From Lama glama (taxonomy: Eukaryota), in assembly GCA_028534125.1 (NCBI GenBank), contig CM052820.1, positions 4,092,001-4,156,000 of the forward strand: a stretch of DNA of 64,000 nt, read 5' to 3'. Made by a program: the position numbers and the translations under genes. Shown here in pieces: positions 27,275 to 40,100 of the stretch; within the stretch, counting starts at the first letter, position 1; each line of letters starts with the position of its first letter. Below the pieces are notes generated by a model that saw nothing but the letters and a program-made list of their open reading frames with translations, was not told the origin of the DNA and ran no database searches.

Positions 27275-27600
27275 TTTTTTTTTAATTGAAATAAATATAG
27301 TCAGTTACAACGTGTCCATTTCTGGTGTACAGCACAACGTCCTGGTCATGCATATACATACATACGTATTTGCTTTCATATTCTTTTTCACTAAAGGTTA
27401 TTATAAGATATTGAATACAGTTCCCTGTGCTATACAGAAGAAATTTGGTTTTTTTAGTCTATTTTTATATATAATGGCTAATATTTGCAAATCTCAAACT
27501 CCCAAATTTCTCCCTTCCCACCCTCTTTCCCCAGGTAACCATAAGATTGTTTACTACGTCTGCAGAGTCTGTTTGTTTTGTAGATGAGCTCATTAGTGTC
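27275..27600 (-). mobile_element. 5'-truncated camelid L1 3' end with TSD
   Basis: T-run, then AATTGAA...TAGTCAGTTACAA...GTTCCCTGTGCTATACAG...CCAGGTAACCATAAG. Flanked by CTCAAAAACTTTTTTT (27266-27281) and CTCAAAAAGTTTTTTT (27601-27616). Confidence 0.9.
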
Positions 27601-28675
27601 CTCAAAAAGTTTTTTTCTTAATCTAGTTTGGGATGAGTCCATTCCAATCCATCTCTATAATTAAACGTCACGCAGCCATAAAAAGGACTGTCGGTCATCC
27701 TAACACAGACATGCCCCTGTGTATGTGACACACACCGACCCTGATAAAACCCAAAAGTGGGGAAAAGAGAAAATCTCCCAAAGTACCAGCAGTCGCCCCC
27801 AGATGGAAGGGTCACCGGTGGCTTTTCTTCTTTAGAGTTGCCCGCATTTTCTGTATTGAGCGTATAAACATGTTAATGATCAGAAAAAGAGCTGTATTCA
27901 CTCCCTATAAAGCCTCCTTTCTGTGATCAGCTCTACCTCTTCTGTTTTCTCTTCTTCCTGTTGAAATGTCTAAAACCCAGGCAAACGCCTGCTGGGCCAA
28001 CAATCTAATGAAGGCACCACGTCTCAGGGTTGGGCTCCCTGCTTCCTTAGAGGCAAAGTGGGGCAGAGAACTAAGGCCTCCCAGGAGCCTGGTCCCACCA
28101 CGAATGCTGCACGAACCATGACATGTGCAGGAAACCATCAGGCATCTCAAGGCAGACGGTGGCAGGTGACATGGGAGAGGGTCCGTCACAAGCTAGGGGA
28201 CTTAACAAGAGAAGACCCCGCCAGGAGATGAGGACAGTCCCTGGGCGGGGCTAAAAGGATCCAGGAGAGGGGGAGGGGACAGGAGCAGGATGCTGCGGAG
28301 GCCGGAGGAGACCTCTTCAGTGCCGCTGAGCGAGGCCGGCTGCAGCGCGAAGCACTGCCTCTCCAGCAAAAAGGGGACCCCGGTCAGCGAAGGGCCGCCC
28401 GTCTGGACAGTGAAAACCAGCTGGGATCCCGCAATTGGCCTCCTTGTGCTGAGTCCAGGTTTGTGGTCCACGTGCACTCACAGGTCCGCGCCTAATGCCC
28501 CAAAGTCAGTATTCAGCTGCTGGTTTTCTGGTTGTACTTCCTAAACTGAAGAGGAGGCTTGCAGAGTGCCAAGCAGCCTGGTGTTCAGCAGTGCCCCTGC
28601 CCTGACCCTGTGTGACCAGCGGGGCCCCAGGGATGATGGGTGTGTCCTGTCCGCTGAGAAACAGAGCAAGGGGAC

Positions 28676-29174
28676 TGCGCTGGGCAGAATGATGCCTCCC
28701 CACCCCCACAAGGTGCCCACATCCTGATCTCCAAATCCTGAGACTGTGTCACCTTAAACGGCTGAAGGGACTCTGCAGGTGTGATCAAGTCAGGGATCTT
28801 AGAACACCAGGATGTTCTGGATCATCCAGACGAGCCCAAGGTGACCATGAGGGTCCTTATGATTTTAAGGGGGAAGCAGAAAAAAGTGAAAAGGTGATGG
28901 ATGATGGAAGAAGGGGTCAGAGGGAGATCTGCAGATGACACACAGCTGGCTTTGAGGATGGAGGAGGGGGCCACGAGCCAAAGAATGTGGGTGGCCTGTA
29001 GGAGCTGAGCAAGGCAAGGGAGTGGGTTCTGCCCTGCAGACTCCAGAAGGACCACAGCCCTCCCCACACCTCAGTTTTAGGACTCTGACCTCAAGAACTG
29101 TAAGAGAATACATCTGTCTTGTTCTACCCACAAAGTCTGGGGTGATCATTACAGCAGCAACAGGATACTAACAC
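28676..29174 (+). mobile_element. MLT1D-like solo LTR
   Basis: GGCAGAATGATGCC...CCCACATCCTGATC...GGGACTCTGCAGGTGTGATCAAG...CTGGCTTTGAGGATGGAGG...AGAACTGTAAGAGAATA...TACAGCAGCAACAGGATACTAACA. Confidence 0.88.
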
Positions 29175-32100
29175 CCTGGGAAAGTCCCTGTCACCAGCTA
29201 CGTGACGTGAAGCACAACCACACGGGGCATCACGTCTGTCACATAGCAACCAGCAGTGTGGGAAGCGAAGTCTGATACAGCAGCGCTGCGAACCGGCCGC
29301 ACTCACTCCAGGCAGTTCAGTCACCTGGCAAAAACCTGACTGGTAACTGCACCTTCTGGGTGTAACTGCATCTTGTGGACCCTCCGTGGAAGCACTACAG
29401 TGGGGTTTATGTTACGGGCACTTTACAACTCACATCCTTTCTTCAACAGAAACATCAACGCTTTCAGCTGTGCCCACTTCAGAGCTAAGCGATGACACAG
29501 GAGGAGGGAGGCGCGGGCTACCCGAGCCTTCTCTTCTCGGTACTTGGGTGCTGATTCATGCTTCCCCAACCCAACTGGCCCCCAAAACCACACTGAGGCT
29601 TAGGGTAAGGATGCAACACACCTAACTTTAACCTTCCAAGCCCTGGAGGGCAGGAATCCTTGAAACCCATCCCATCACCCAGGCAGGCGCAATCACCGCC
29701 CCATCGCAGCTGCAGCCGCTCAGGCAGGCAGGCAGCCTGGGGCCCGGAGCTCCGCCTGCCAGTTTCCCTTCCCCCCTCCACTGCTCGGCCTCCATTCCCG
29801 ACACTGCCAACAGCCCTGACTCACAGGGTACGGTCCCGAGGAAGGTACACGTGCAAACATGTGCGCCTCACACAGGGGATCCCAGGTGCGGACAGGCCAG
29901 GACAACAGCGAGTGACCTGAGCGCAGAGGTTCATCCTCCTCTTCCAGCTCAGATATGGCGACACCTGGAGCCGAACTCTTTCAGCCTCGGCTCTTGAGCA
30001 TCCTGTGCCAGGCCCCCGGAGCTGCGCAGTCTGATGCTGGCCGTGCGGCTCTGTCCCGCGCCCCACGGGCACCGTGTGCCACTCCTCACCCGTGGGCTCT
30101 GGGCTCAGGCCCACAGGGCACCAAGCCCGACCGTCCCAACAGCAGCCACCTCTCCCTGTGCCATTCCCACGAGCCTCGTTTCTGCTTTCCCCCGGGCCTG
30201 GGGACTTCTCCATCTCATTCTAATTCCAGACCTGAAATCAAAAGTCCATAATCAATACCCCAGTGGAGCCCCAGGAACCACGAGCAGCAGTGAAGGAGGG
30301 GGCGACGAGAGGTGTGCAGGTGGCGGTCTTTCCCCGGGGCCTGCTGGGTAGAACAAGACACTTGGTCCTGCGAGGCTGACAGCGGCCACCCCTTCCAGCC
30401 CTCCCCTCTGGGGGCGGGGGGAGGGGGTCCATTCTCCTTGCTGGAGGATAAATGGGTACAAACTTTATGGAATCAATGCAACAATACATTATTTTTATTA
30501 AAAAAGAAAAAACTTTGACAGACCAATCACTCATCTAGGAAGGCAGCACGAAGAAATACATGTTCAGTGCTGTTGTTATAAAAGCACCTTTTACTGTATT
30601 GTTCAGTGAAAACTCAGAAGCCAACACGGTGTGGCCAATGATGAAACACGCCCTCACTTGAAAGGATGGAGCAGAGGCAACCGGCAAAGGTTCTCCAGCT
30701 ACACCGCCCGGGGTTATAAACGGGGTGCAGGCGCTAAGCACCCCCAGAGCCTCTGTTCTAAGATGTGAGTGGGAGCAAAGACCATCTGAAACACATATGA
30801 GAAAAACCTAAATACCGCATCTTAAAATGCTCGGTGATGAGCTTTCTTCCCCCCTCCTATCTCTACTTTGAATAATCCTACAGTGAACACAAATTACAAA
30901 TGCTTAAAGTAATAGTCTGTTTGAAAAGAACAGGGCAGCTGTCTTCTGGGCATTCTCCCCATTTCTTAATAACTTCTCGACTTAGGTCAGTTTAAATACA
31001 CCACAGGCCCACGCTCCACACTGAGAATCAGGCCTGACAACCTGAAGCCCCTCCTAGGATCGCACACCAGCCCCCGTTTCCGGGCTCCTGGGGGTTCTGC
31101 AACCTCTCACCCCGTGCGCACTGCTGCTGAACGCCGTCGCCACGAACAGAACACCAGGGACACAGAAGAGCTACCGCTTAGCTTCTACCCGAGGCAGCTT
31201 CCTGGAAGGCGCCAAGCTCGACGGTATTTCAGAAGGAAAACAAGACTAAACCACCACCGGCCAAAAGTACGGGGAGAAACGCCCCCCAAAGCGACCCACC
31301 CCGTCAGTGCCACTGTTTTATTCCCTCAGGGGACATCTGCCTGAATAGTTTCTGAACAAACGCTACTCACAACGTGAGAGGAAAACAGTGTTTCCATGAA
31401 CGTTTCGGTTTATTTCGCGTCCTAACTGCTCTCAAGCTAAAGAAGCAACAAGTGCCTTGAGCTTGCAGCCTCGGGATGATGATAAACTTCCTCACACCCA
31501 CCGCGTGGTTCGCGTCCTCATCTGCACCTCCTTCCGATTTTAATTAATGCACAGCAGTCCTGGAAAGACTTCGTGCTGGTAAGTTTGTGCTTTTTTAAGG
31601 TCTTTTTTCTTCTCCAAATAAGTCGCTCTTTGTTACCATAACTTTATTCACGAGAGGCTTTTTTTAATGTAAATTGTTTTACATCACAGACGAGGGTGAG
31701 ATTCCAGGTTTTCGTGTGATTCTCCTGCTGCAAAAAACAAAACCTTAACTCACGGGCTCCAAGTAAGCAGCAGTGAACTATAACCGAAGGCACAGCTGTG
31801 CCTGAGCCGCCCCCTGGGAGCAGACAGGCCAGGACACCTGCTCAGGAGGGCCCCCCGCGGGGCCCTCTGGGGCCGCCCCGCACAGCTGGTCCACAGACCT
31901 GCAGCAGCCTGGAGAAGCCAGCCATGCCTCTGGATTGTGGCTGAGTGGCCTGAACTTTGAAAAACAGCCATCGCATAGAGCTCCCACGTGGTCAGCTCAC
32001 TTTATAAACCAGCCCTCTCTCTCGTAATGGAGACATCTGCTGACAGCCACATCAATACCTCCGGCTTCAAAGAAGACGCTGACATAAAATACAAATTTAA

Positions 32101-33649
32101 CGTTCAGCAGTTACCACCCCCAGAAAGGGGTAAAGCACGTTAAAGTGAGCGATCTCAGTTCTGTCTGCTGAATTTCACGCCTGTCCTCTCTGACCCTGGC
32201 ATGTTAAGGTGGCATCCACGTTCTGCAGACCAAGGAGGAATCTGTGACATATTATACGGCTTTTTTTTTCCTGTTTTGCAACAGAGACATTTTCCCTACG
32301 ATTCGTACACAGAGTTAGTTTATCTAGAATATGATACCTACTTAGCCTGCAATATCCAAGAATCGACCGACCCAAGGAGATGCGCAATCCCTGAAGAGCT
32401 CCCCACCATCTTGCTGGGTTCTAGGCGAGAACGGTGGCCAATGCCCACCACCTTCCTCTCTCAGATGTCCATCCGCCCCAGCGCCCACACGGATTGGGGA
32501 GTGGGGTCTTGCTGCGCAGGCTCTCCAACTGCAACCTTCTGTTCTCTGGCTTGTGCGATGAGAGCGTTTACTGGAAGGCAGAGGTGAGACGTGCTGAGAT
32601 GGGGGAGTACGGCGGGCGGGTGGGGGCTACACTGACTCGCAGGGGAACCACGGAGGCGCTGTCCTCTAACAGCCCTGGTGGGCAAGTGTCCGCCTGCATC
32701 CTCTCCTCTCCAGATCCTCAGCTCAAAGGCTTTGGACTTTCCACCACCCTTCCCACCCCCGTGGGGACCTTGATACAGAGTATGCTCCGACTCCTACAGC
32801 ACCACTGGGTCCTGGCCGCCCAGTACTTCTATTGCCAAACTGGACGGATGACAGCGAGGCAGGATGGAAGGTTACATCTTGAGCCTGGACCACCCCCTCC
32901 TCACCCTGGCCTGACCCACCCCTTCTGAGTAGGACTCTGAGCAGGACTTCTAATTGGAACCAACATCTTTAGGTTTCATGGGGTTCAAGGTTGGGTCGGC
33001 CACACAAGCCCCAGGGACCCATGGTCAGCCAGGTGTCACGTGACAGTGGGGCCCCATTGTCCACCAGGGCTGTTGTGACCGAAAACACCAATTCAGTGGC
33101 ACCTGCACTGTACCAGGTGCTGTGCTCAGAGCTGGGGTGAAGCACCCCTTTTGACACTCCCCTCATGGCTCAGAGGAAACACCCCATCATCCTCACTGAA
33201 TGGACAGGGAAGCAGAGTGTGATCCCACCAGCTGCTGAGGTCACAGGGCTCAAACCTGGGCTGCGTGACCGCTGGCCGCTACCTCCCAGTCCCCCTGCTC
33301 GGCTCCTCCCCTGAGGACATCCAGCCTGGCCAGCTCTGCCACTGGACACACACACCTGCTGTTCTGTCCTCAGGGAGCATGAAACACCTCTCCCCACTTA
33401 CCCTGGAGAGGGTGACCCGCCCTGACATGGGGACTGGGACCCCTCTCCCAGGAGCCAGCATCCAGCAAGCGGCGTCCACGCCAAGTCTGGTTCTCATCAT
33501 TGTAGGCACCAATAAATCCAGCTGGAGGAAACTGCTCCCCTATCCCAAAACGCCCGCCAACACCGTGTCCCAGACAAGGGGCACAGAGCAGAAAGGCACA
33601 GGGAGAGAACACTTTCTTCCCAACAGCCCCAAAAGAACGAACAACAGAA

Positions 33650-34415
33650 GGACAAAATCTCCACTTTGCAACCTCTTAGCATAAATGGATCCAGACAATG
33701 ATCATCAGGGCCGCTGATGTCAACAAAAAGACGACTGGAGGCTATGTCCCTGATGGAGCCCAGCCACCAGCCAGGAAGTCATCGAGCCAAAGAAAACCAG
33801 AACTGGAATCAAACAAGCCTGCAAAAACCACCAGTTCACAGGGAAACACAGAGGCAGCACGTTAAATAACTCCAAGGGGATGCAGCCCAGACACATCCAG
33901 ACCGAGGAAGGGCCACAAGACACACCATGCAATCCTGGTGACAGACCCGTTCCACGGAGAGAGAAGACAGACAGGTGTGGGACCTGCACATCAGAGAAAC
34001 TCAGAGGAAGCATCAACTGACAGCACTGCGCAGACGTTATTTCGATTCCAGGTCAAAAAAATGAAATTATGCTCCTGAGACAACTGGAAATGTGGACACC
34101 AACTGGGTATCTGATATTATGGAACTGTTAAGTTTTTAAGTGGGATCCTGGTAATGTGGTCATGTGTGCTTTTTTTTTATTTTTTAAGAGTTCTCTTTTG
34201 GAGATGGATACTGAAATATTTCTGGATGAAATAATAGGATGCCTTGGACTTGCTTCAAAATAATATGGGTAGGTGGCAGGTGTACAGAGGAGACAAGACT
34301 GGCTGCAGACTGATAGTTACTGAAGCCGGCTGGTGTGAGGTCATTATGCAATTAATCCACAACATTTTATGTGCTGAGTTGTTTTGTAAGTTCCAGGAAG
34401 TATATACTTAAAAAG
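33650..34415 (+). mobile_element. Old L1MC-like 3' UTR fragment
   Basis: GAGACAACTGGAAATGTGGACACCAACTGGGTATCTGATATTA...ATACTGAAATATTTCTGGATGAAAT...TTGCTTCAAAATAAT. Confidence 0.75.
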
Positions 34416-34559
34416 CTCAAGCCTAAACTTTTCTTCTACCCTCACTCACTCCACACACACAACATACGTACGCATGAAAGCACACACAGGCACGCACACA
34501 CAGTTCTGTTTTCTGTGCATACATTAGACCGTCTCAGGGAGCGAGGCGAATGATCATTC

Positions 34560-34700
34560 CACTCTTAGTTTCAAGTTTCCACGTCTATAAATCAAGAATT
34601 GTATCTGTCTCCTAGAGTAGCCGTGAGGATGAAACCAATTAATACATATAAGCTGATTAACCTGATTCATGTCACATAATCTGCAAATTGCTGTCATTAA
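34560..34700 (+). mobile_element. MIR fragment
   Basis: AGTTTCCACGTCTATAAA...GTGAGGATGAAA. Confidence 0.6.
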
Positions 34701-35277
34701 CAGGACCAGCGAAAACGTGCCGAGGCCTTCGCCTGACAACTCTGCTGTCCAGAACAGGGTGGGGCCCCCAGCCACGGCCTCCCATTACTACGAATTCGAT
34801 GAGGCCCAAGGACGGAGCAGCAGGATGTCAGAGTCGCCAGCCTGGAAAGGAGGTGACAAGCCTCCCTCTCTCTGGTTTAAGATACAGAAAGTTGTATTAT
34901 CTTGAGGATTTAAAAGTGAACAATCATCATTCTTTCCCCCCCCCTCGTTTGTGTGTGGGTTAGAGATTACTTTCCAATTAAAACACTCAAAACTTGACGA
35001 GCTCCCCTCCCTGCACTGTCCCGGGGAACCCCAGCTGAAGCTGGGCACCGCTCCCAGAGGCCCACTGCGGACAGCCTACACCCGCTGCCCGCACCTGCCC
35101 CCCCCCACTCTTGTGCCAGGAATGCGGGCTCAAGGTCAGTTCCAGGAAGCCAGTGGGGGGAGGGGCACAACACAAAACGACTTGGAAAACATCATTTAGG
35201 GGTCTGAGGTTTGGGCTGATGGCCAGTTTTGGGGGGCTGGTAGGAAATTTTATTTCTTTCGATTTAAAATTCTTTAT

Positions 35278-35432
35278 GGGGGGGCGAGGAGGGTATAGCT
35301 CAGTGGCAGAGTGCCTGCTTAGCATGCATGAGTTCCTGGGTTCAATCCCCAGTCCCTCTATGAAGAAAATGAATAAACAAACAAACAAACAAACCTAATT
35401 AACTCTTCCCCTCCCAAAAAGTAAAGTAAAAT
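35278..35432 (+). mobile_element. Vic-1-type SINE
   Basis: GGAGGGTATAGCTCAGTGGCAGAG...GGGTTCAATCCCCAG...(AAAC)n CCTAATT...A-rich tail. Degenerate TSD TAAAATTCTTTAT / TAAAATTTCTCAT. Confidence 0.92.
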
Positions 35433-36349
35433 AAAATTTCTCATCAAAACCGTCTTTAAAAAGCATTCAAAGATCACTGCCAGGCAATGAGTCGTGAGAC
35501 TCTCCAAGGTTCGGAGACTCGCAATATGATTCAATCAATTAATCCATTGACCCGCTGGTATAAACATTTCCATTGTTCCTACTTGGATCAAGGCTCAGAG
35601 CTACAGAAAGAACTGCACAGGGCAGGAGGGATGTGGCAGAACCGTGATGCTCAGCAAGGGGGAGACAGTCAACCCTTCCCTCTCCTGGGCATGGGTTCTA
35701 GGCCCAGCTTGCAGCCCGGCTGCTGGGCTCAGCCCTGCTCCGCGCCCCAGGGCAGCGGCCTCGCTGAGCTGCAGTCTCCCCATTTGCCCCCTGGGGCAGT
35801 GAGCCTAAACGTGAGGACCCAGGCAGGCGCCCCTGGACTGAGGTCTCACCACAAACAAGTATCTCTACTTTACATTAGGCTTCTTTTTTTAACCAAATTT
35901 TGGGGTTTTTTTTAATAATCTCTTTCATATTTAAAAAAACCACTTTGATCTAAACACACATTCTTGTAAATGTTTATAAAGCAATAACCCCACGGCTACT
36001 CTTTTCTCCCAGGACAAATCTGTCTCTGCCACTCCAATTAGAACACAATTATAATAAGCATAAAAAACAGAAGTATAATAAATAAAATGTAAGTAGAGAT
36101 ACAATGAAAAAATAAAGATATTATAAGAATAAGTTACAATAAAGATAGAAAACAAATGTCTCAGGTTCAGTAAATCCCTGTCCCTGGTCCACTGGTCCTG
36201 CTCACTGGGGAACTCAGTGGCTGGCCACCCCCACGCCGCTGGTGTCGGTGCCGGGGACGGCCACACAGTCGGAGCCCCGATCTGAGTGGATAAAGCGGCT
36301 GAGATGCTGCAGGAACAAGTCCTCAGACACAGGGGATCAGGGGAGGCCG

Positions 36350-36715
36350 GGCCAGGGGAACTGTGTCCCCCTGTAATTCCCACGTGGAAGCCGCACCCTC
36401 CAATGTGGCCATGTTTGCAGACAGGGCCTTGCAAGAGTGATCAAGGTTAAACGGGTCATGAAGGTGGGGCCCTAGTCCAACAGGACTAGCGTCCTTATAA
36501 GGAGAGAGAGATACCAGGGGTGTGCACTCAGAAAGGCCCCGTGAGGACACACAGAAGGGAAAAGGTGTGCACCCACAGGCCGAGGGGAGCGGCCTCAGGA
36601 GAAACCCTACCGACACCCTGCTCTCGCACCCCAGCCTCGGAGCCGCGAGACCGCGAGGTCTGCTGCTCAAGCCTCCCGGAGCGTGTGACAGCTGCTAGGA
36701 CAGCCCTGCAGATGG
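36350..36715 (+). mobile_element. MLT1A/B-like solo LTR
   Basis: GAACTGTGTCCCCC...GATCAAGGTTAAA...GGTGGGGCCCTAGTCCAACAGGACTAGCGTCCTTATAAGGAGAG. Confidence 0.82.
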
Positions 36716-37109
36716 GCCCAGACACTCAGCCCCCCAACACCTCACAGCGTCCCTGGCCGATCAGACCCTACCCTGCAGGACCAAGGGCGCTCTCCCTGCA
36801 ACGGCCCATCACAGCATTTACACCGCGGACTTTGGGTCAAGCACATGACGGACAGTGAGCCCCACTGCAGAGAGCCAGCTGGCGGAGGACTGCCCCACCG
36901 CGCACCGTCAGGAGCATCCACACGGCTGACCGGCAGAGCAGGCGACGGTCTGAAGTCCCCCGAGAAAGCCGACTGAATGTGCGTCCACTCAACAGACCTC
37001 TGGGCGCTCCAGGCGTGACGGGAGGCCGGGGGAGGGGGGGCGGGGGAGGAGCAGCAGCAGTGACTGCGCTCCGTACAGCGGGGGCCAGGGGCCAGGTGCC
37101 GACACTCAC

Positions 37110-37195
37110 TTCTTCTGAGTAAAGTAGGAGGAAACTGAGGCTCAGAATCCAAGCGGCTTCCCCAAAGGCACACAGCTGGAGGGCAGCACGGCCAC
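37110..37195 (-). mobile_element. MIR fragment
   Basis: GAGGAAACTGAGGCTCAGA...CCCAAAGGCACACAGCT. Confidence 0.65.
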
Positions 37196-40100
37196 AGATC
37201 ACACTATAGTGCATGTCCCTCATTCAGTACGCAGAGCAGAAGCAGAAAACTCTACGAGGGGCTCAGATACAACGTGTCTGGGGAAGGGAGGAGGAAGGGC
37301 ACAGCGTTTCCGTTTTATTCCCAGCGCAGAGAGCAGAGCAGGACACTCAGGAAAGGCGTTCCTCCCACAGGCCCTCCTAGGACATTTATCACGCTGAGGA
37401 GCCGCGTGCCCCAGGGGGCGGGAAGACGGGAGGATGCGAGTGCAAAGCTGGGAGAGGAAGGAAGCCCAGGCAAGTGTGTGCCTGCGGGAACCTCCTGGCC
37501 TGGGCGCGCAGCAGCAGGGTCCCGGGCCGGAGGCGAGGGGGAGCTGAGCTCAGCCATCTGTCACGATCCGACGCCCACACGCAGCCCATTGGCCTCCACG
37601 CCCACTCTGAAAAGCACCCCACATCCTCTAAGACAGTGCTGTCCTCTGGCATTTCCCCTGTACCTTTAATTCCCATCCTCCAGACCTGCAAGGAGTATTC
37701 GGAATGTTCAAGGCTGCTATTAGTTGACATGTGATGTTTGCACACAGTCAAGATCAGCATCTGCTGCGAAGTCGCCGATGATCCCGTCACGTTCTCTTTT
37801 AAATCCTGCAAAGCGTCCAAGAGTGACCCGGCCTCTTCGTGCAGAATTACAAGGACTCAGGCAGATGCCGGCACTCAGGTTCAGGACTCGCAGAGGACGG
37901 GACGGCCCAAGCGCCTTCCCGGCCCTGACGCGCTGACACTGCTCCTGCCGACTCAGTCTCGGTGCCCCCGGCTCTTGGAGACGGCACCTCCATTAGCCTT
38001 TGAGGACCCACCCCCTTCCCTGCTGCCCTCTGACGGGGCTGTCAGTCAATGTGGCCAAGAGGTGGTTGATTCTCTCCAGCTACAGGAAGCTCACGTGGTG
38101 GCCAAAGAAAGGAGTGAGGGGCCCCAAAGACACGGGGACCTAAGCCGCACTCCCTGGACCCCTCCCTCGGCAGCCCTGCGTCAGTCCATCCCCAAGCCTG
38201 GATCTCAAGCTGGCCTCCCCTGCTCAGAGCTGCCTCCACATCCTTCTGGTAAACTCCACATCTGCTGGAATTAGCTAGAAAGGGATTCTGATGCACTCAA
38301 CCAAGGACCCAAACAGACCAATTAACCATGCTTCCCAGCTAAAAGGGTAACTAAATTCTGACTATTCTAAGAGGCAAAGACCACCTGCTGATAGCAAAGA
38401 CTGCCTAAATTTAGGAGCTCTTTTTAGTGCCCTAATTTCTGAAGGCCACGCCCCAAATGGTAGCCATGGTAACCTCAAAGTCTTGGATACCCAGCCTCAC
38501 TGACTGATGACGATGGCCGTGGGCCTCTTCGGGATATTCAGTCCTTGAGTCCGCATTCATCAGGTATGTCCCTGCTGCCACATCCGGCCTCACTCCAGGG
38601 GAAGATGCCTTCAGGAGCTCGGTCCTGCCCCTCTCACCCAGCTGAGCTCCACGGATCTCTCGCCACACAGCCGGTCCTGCGTGGGATACTGGGTCTGGTC
38701 CCCTGACCGCTGGGAGCCCACGCTGGGGAGAGACGGGGGGCCCACAATCAGAGCCGAGTGCACAGGCTGCAGGCCTGACATCACAGCCAGGGGCACCTGA
38801 ACAGACGGGAGCGGTGATGCTGGAGCTGAACAGGGAAGGTGTCAGTTGGGTTAAGAAAAGAGAGGGCCGCCTGCCTGGAGGCAGGACCAGGACCATCAGG
38901 AGCCCAAGGTGGCCCCCAGGGAACTGTCTGCAGGGAGGGAGGGGCAAGACCAGACAGGCCCATCTCAAAGGGCCCTGGGCGCTAAGAGAAGCAACTCCAT
39001 CTTCATTTCTTTCTTGTTCTAAACTTGTGACTTGTTCTAAAAAGGCTAAGGGGTGAGGCCAGGAATTTTGACTTCGTTTTGAAAGCCCTGCTGAGCTATT
39101 AAAGGCTTTTAAGCAGGGCACGGCTTGGCCAGATTTGTTTTGGAATCTATTTATGGGTTAGCTAAGCTGTCAAACACGAATTACTACATCAACGTCGTTG
39201 GACATCTGAGTGTGGAAGCAGAGACGTGCTCACACACACCAAGGGAGACGCAGAAGGCTCGCCCCTGCTTAATCACGTAAATGTAACACACCTACGTGCA
39301 CGGATCAAAGCTGCAGGGAAACGCACAACCTGTGAAGGTGACCACAAATCTGGACACACCCCAGGGGTTATCACACTGTGAAAACCTGAAAAGCCATCGA
39401 GTCACCGTTGACACGGAGCGCTCGGCAATGCTGACGCGGGTTTACGTGAGGGACTGTATGTTGCTGGGCCTTTTGGCTTTTTAACTAAGAAAGGCCAGTT
39501 CAATGGTGCAAACTCACGGCTGGCCCCACGATGGCAAGTCCACATCGATGTTTCTCGACCCCAACAGGCAGGAGGCTGTGCCCACAGGAAACATCCACAT
39601 TTCAGAACCAGGTCACGTCAGGATGCCAGGATTGGAGACCTGGAGCAGCGGATCCCAGGGGTGGGGCGCACCCCAGCAGTGGCAGGAGCAGCACCCAAAA
39701 CCAGCCAGGGAGGCAGCATCCCGGCCCACCGGGGCCTCCTGACTCAGAGCCTCGGGGGTGAGCCCGGCAGTCCACGCTCTCACACCGTCCGGGGAACTCG
39801 GAGGCCGGATGGAAGCTGAGAAGCACTGCTCTCTGGGCCTCCGGCTCCAAGGCCAGGCCCCCGGGCAGGCACTGGGGAGGGAAGAGCGGAGACACCCCTG
39901 GCAATGCGGAGAAGGGAGGCCAGCCTCACAAACCACGCGCAGCGGCTCTCGGATGCAACGAGGGGAACATGTGTGGAAAAAAAATAAACTCAAGGTTTTC
40001 AAATTCCGTGATCTCCAACCTTTCAGATGATTTGATGACAAGGAAGAGCTAGCAAAGCCACGTCTGAACTGGAGAAGCGTAAACGGGCCCAAGAAAAGTG

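Noticed and set aside
35291-35355. tRNA-like A/B boxes (also near 41540 and 56650)
   Set aside because: These are heads of tRNA-derived SINEs with tails and TSDs, not tRNA genes.
37019-37050. G-run clusters with G-quadruplex potential (also about 30410 and 52485)
   Set aside because: Common in DNA of this GC content; nothing singles these out.
37686-37805. 120-nt exon-like segment on minus (TTTGCAG|GAT...CAG|GTCTGG; DLKENVTG...EYSLQ)
   Set aside because: The donor is weak, the peptide is unrecognised, and the phase-1 reading hits a stop. Retained only as a note.
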